This document shows positions 8,053 to 10,461 of a DNA stretch of 10,461 nucleotides, one piece after another. The DNA is from Candidatus Methylomirabilia bacterium. GTDB taxonomy: Bacteria > Methylomirabilota > Methylomirabilia > Rokubacteriales > CSP1-6. A model generated the notes under the pieces. That model saw nothing but the letters and a program-made list of their open reading frames with translations. It made no database searches and was not told the DNA's origin. The stretch covers positions 1 through 10,461 of the forward strand of contig JBHIBG010000093.1 in the NCBI GenBank assembly GCA_046758965.1, read 5' to 3'. The first letter of the stretch is position 1. Every line of letters starts with the position of its first letter. The translations under genes and the position numbers were made by a program.

Positions 8053-8739
8053 ATGCAGCAACAGCGATTCCCTCGATACGCCATCCAGGTCCCGGTCTTC
8101 CTCAGGAGACTCGACCAGGAGGAGACTGTCCAAACGGTCATTGGCCTCACCCAGGACCTGGGCGAGGGGGGCGCCTGCCTGATGCTGGAGTTCCGGCTCC
8201 CCGTGGGATCCCTGCTGGGCCTTGTCATCCTTGGCGAGGGAGAGGTGGTCGAAGCCGAGGCGCGCGTGAAGTGGGTCCAGGCCCGGGACGAGACCACCTG
8301 CTACCACGGGGTGGAGTTCATCCAGCTTTCCCCGACGCAGCATGAGGCCCTCCTGAAGCTGCTGGCCCAGGAGGATTCCCTACGGCGGCAGTCACTCCGC
8401 CTCCCCCTCACGCTGTCAGTCACCTGCCAGGTCGTCGGAGCCCACGCTCCTCTCATGGAGGGTGAGACCCGTACCATCAGCCGCACCGGGGCCGAGATCT
8501 ATCTCCCCCAGGTCCTCCCCCTGGAGACCGACGTTGAGCTGACGCTTCACAACGCCCCCGGGAAGCGACTGCCGGGTCGCGTGCGATCGGTGGAGGGGGC
8601 AGGCCAGGACTCCGGGAAGATCCGCCACGGGATCGAATTCGTGGATGGGCTCCTCGCCTCCGATACCTTCTCGACCCTCGTCCTGAGCACCCTGACCGGG
8701 GAGGATTGGGCGAAGCTGTTGCGGCAGTCCGGTCAGTAA
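8053..8739 (+). CDS. Tandem PilZ-domain protein, paralog 5 (228 aa)
   Basis: Motifs QQRFPR, DLGEGG, ARVKW, HGVEF, RRQSLR, TISRTG and HGIEF. AAGGAG upstream. Long near-identical DNA stretches shared with paralog 3. Confidence 0.88.
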   Translation: MQQQRFPRYAIQVPVFLRRLDQEETVQTVIGLTQDLGEGGACLMLEFRLPVGSLLGLVILGEGEVVEAEARVKWVQARDETTCYHGVEFIQLSPTQHEALLKLLAQEDSLRRQSLRLPLTLSVTCQVVGAHAPLMEGETRTISRTGAEIYLPQVLPLETDVELTLHNAPGKRLPGRVRSVEGAGQDSGKIRHGIEFVDGLLASDTFSTLVLSTLTGEDWAKLLRQSGQ

Positions 8740-8935
8740 CACCTCCCTACCTCATCCAACCACCGCTATATTTCCAGAGGTTGCTGATCCGCACTGGGCC
8801 TGGCCAAGGGTCCTCACCTCCGCGTTGATGGAGTGGGTGCGGGGAAGCTAGACTGAGGCCTACGGGTCGCGGGGGTGAAGTAACGGCGGATTGGTGGGGC
8901 ACAAAATGGGCTTCGTAGCCCCCGGCAGCATGCAG

Positions 8936-8978
8936 GCACCGGGCGGGCGCACCGCGTCCCCCGGTGCTTCTTGTTTTT
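8936..8978 (+). terminator. Rho-independent terminator
   Basis: Stem GCACCGGG (8936-8943)/CCCGGTGC (8960-8967) extended by GGGCGC/GCGTCC, followed directly by TTCTTGTTTTT. Confidence 0.7.
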
Positions 8979-9168
8979 ACGTGCAGCGTTCAGTTGGCCA
9001 GTGTCGAGGGAGGAATTGGTCAACAAAAGATTTGATAGGATGAAAAAGGCTGCACACTCGGAGTGGGATACCATACGGTCTCGAGGGACCACGCGGATTC
9101 GAGATCCGCTGCCGGTGCTCACTCCGCCCAGGGCGGAGGGCACAGATCCCAACCACGGAGGTGCAGCC

Positions 9169-10215
9169 ATGCCGCAGTATATCGGAATCGACTTGCACAA
9201 GGCAACGGCCTTTATCACCCGGATGGACCAGCGCGGACGCATCCTGGAACAGGTGAACCTGCGCACGGACGCGGCAACGCTAAAGGGCTATCTCCAGCGG
9301 CTCCGGTCGGACACCCGCATCGCGGTCGAGGCGACGGGGCACTGGACCTACCTCTATGAACTGATCGAGGATCGGCACCCGGATCTGGTGCTCGCTCACC
9401 CGTTGAAGACCAAGGCGATTGCCAGTGCGCGGATCAAGACCGACAAGATTGATGCGACCACCTTGGCCCACTTGTTGCGGGCTGATCTGCTCCCCGCAGC
9501 CTACATCCCGCCCCGGCCGGTGCGGGATACCCGGGAGGTCCTCCGCACCCGGGCATCCCTCGTCCGACTCCGGACCCAGGTCAAGAACAAGGTGCACGCC
9601 ATTCTCACCAAGAATGGGATTCGGACGCCGACCAAGACGCCCTTTGGCGTCAAGAGTCGCCGCGTCCTCGCCACGGTCCCGCTCCGCCCCTGTTACCGCC
9701 TCGCCCTCGATGGCTACCTCCGCCTGCTGGAGGCGCTCACCGCGGAGCTCGCGACGGTCACGGCCACCATCGAGGCCCAGGTGCAGCAGGAGCCGCAGGC
9801 CCAGCTCCTGTGCACCATGCCGGGGATTGGGCCGTACTCGGCGTTGCTCATCCTCAGCGAGATCGGGGACGTGCGCCGCTTCCCGGATGCCCGGCGCCTC
9901 TGCTCCTATGCCGGGCTGGTCCCGTCGGTACATGCCTCCGGGGGGAAGACGCGCCGGGGCCGGTTAACCAAACAGGGGTCGAAGTGGTTGCGCTGGATCC
10001 TCGTCGAGGGGGCGATCCACGCCCGCAATGGCGCGCCCCAGTTTCGGAGCCTCTACCACCGGGTGGCGAAGAAGCACGGGGCGAATACCGGGCGCGTGGC
10101 GGTGGCCCGCGCTATGCTCAAGGCGATCTATGCGATGCTACGGAAGGGCGAAGCGTTTCGCCCGATAGACACGAGGATCACCGGTCAGCGCCGTGGGGTC
10201 ATGGCCACTGCCTAA
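9169..10215 (+). CDS. IS110-family DEDD transposase/recombinase (348 aa)
   Basis: YIGIDLHK, VEATG and KTDKIDA form the RuvC-like DEDD. C-terminal MPGIG…EIGD…YAGLVP…SGGK…LTKQG carries the conserved Ser. SD GGAGG before ATG 9169. Confidence 0.95.
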   Translation: MPQYIGIDLHKATAFITRMDQRGRILEQVNLRTDAATLKGYLQRLRSDTRIAVEATGHWTYLYELIEDRHPDLVLAHPLKTKAIASARIKTDKIDATTLAHLLRADLLPAAYIPPRPVRDTREVLRTRASLVRLRTQVKNKVHAILTKNGIRTPTKTPFGVKSRRVLATVPLRPCYRLALDGYLRLLEALTAELATVTATIEAQVQQEPQAQLLCTMPGIGPYSALLILSEIGDVRRFPDARRLCSYAGLVPSVHASGGKTRRGRLTKQGSKWLRWILVEGAIHARNGAPQFRSLYHRVAKKHGANTGRVAVARAMLKAIYAMLRKGEAFRPIDTRITGQRRGVMATA

Positions 10216-10359
10216 CCGGCAGAGAGGCCCTGAGATTTGATTGCGCGGCCGGTGTCCCATCTTCTCGTGTGCCGGTGAGCACGCATAGGTGACTGACGAC
10301 TAGTCCATGGAGACTCTGGAGGGACCCAGGCCAAGGGGGCAGTCTTTTCACTTGACACG
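10216..10359 (+). ncRNA. Putative bridge RNA/seekRNA in the 3' non-coding end of the IS
   Basis: Contains AGATTTGA (10233-10240, = target left flank + core) and CATAGGTGA (10284-10292, = IS right end + core), plus several hairpins. Boundaries approximate. Confidence 0.65.
10352..10357 (+). promoter_or_regulatory. -35 box (TTGACA) of the IS circle-junction promoter; partner -10 is TAGGAT at 9036-9041
   Basis: Joining the right end to the left end through one TGA core gives TTGACA-17 nt-TAGGAT. Confidence 0.75.
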
Positions 10360-10372
10360 CTTTTTCATAGGT

Positions 10373-10461
10373 GACCCCTTATTGATACAGATAGCCGAAC
10401 GACGACAATTAGTCAACAAAAGATTTGACCCCTTATTATGACCCCTTATTAGACCCCTTAT
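10373..10461 (+). repeat. GACCCCTTATT repeats (10373, 10427, 10440, partial 10452) and an intact 31-bp copy of the IS target (10407-10437)
   Basis: Read directly from the sequence. The 31-mer contains a GTCAA-N8-TTGAC inverted repeat. Confidence 0.85.

Larger units (their letters stand above)
9033..10374 (+). mobile_element. Complete IS110-family element, IS1111-like (sub-terminal IRs; ~1339 bp counting one TGA core)
   Basis: Sub-terminal IR ATGAAAAAG (9040-9048)/CTTTTTCAT (10360-10368). TGA core at both junctions (9033-9035, 10372-10374). Excision rebuilds a sequence matching 10407-10437. Confidence 0.88.

Noticed and set aside
8840..8940. c-di-GMP-II or c-di-AMP riboswitch (GTGAAG…GGGCAC and GGGGTGAA fragments)
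   Set aside because: The remaining conserved cores are missing and no regulated gene is evident downstream. An Rfam scan would be decisive.
8971..9168. N-terminal extension of the transposase (414-aa ORF)
   Set aside because: It starts outside the IS left end. ATG 9169 has an SD and gives the canonical YIGID N-terminus.
10352..10385. Outward hybrid promoter from the IS -35 into the flank
   Set aside because: The hexamer 17 nt downstream in the integrated state is CCCCTT, not a -10 box.
9014..10461. CRISPR array (31-bp repeat with internal palindrome, 23-nt spacer)
   Set aside because: Only two full copies, followed by spacerless stutters, and no cas genes in view.

Overview
High-GC bacterial window. 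It holds five paralogous ~227-aa tandem-PilZ genes, three preceded by sigma54 -24/-12 motifs at identical spacing from the ATG, and a DUF748/OmpA-like envelope protein. A three-gene operon encodes a two-subunit class I Fe-S hydro-lyase (fumarate/tartrate type, alpha + beta) and a HAD hydrolase. A complete IS110-family (IS1111-like) element sits at the right end. Main highlight: the alpha subunit is split in the ORF track by an in-frame TGA (3743-3745). This TGA sits where homologues have Ser or Cys and is followed by a bacterial SECIS-like hairpin, so the gene is probably an intact selenoprotein. The same protein has lost its second canonical Fe-S ligand (NPCPP->NPSPP), suggesting a Cys-to-Sec ligand relocation. 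Second highlight: the IS ends, TGA core, empty target, circle-junction promoter and candidate bridge/seekRNA guide segments can all be read from the sequence. Family assignments come from motif recognition, not database searches.
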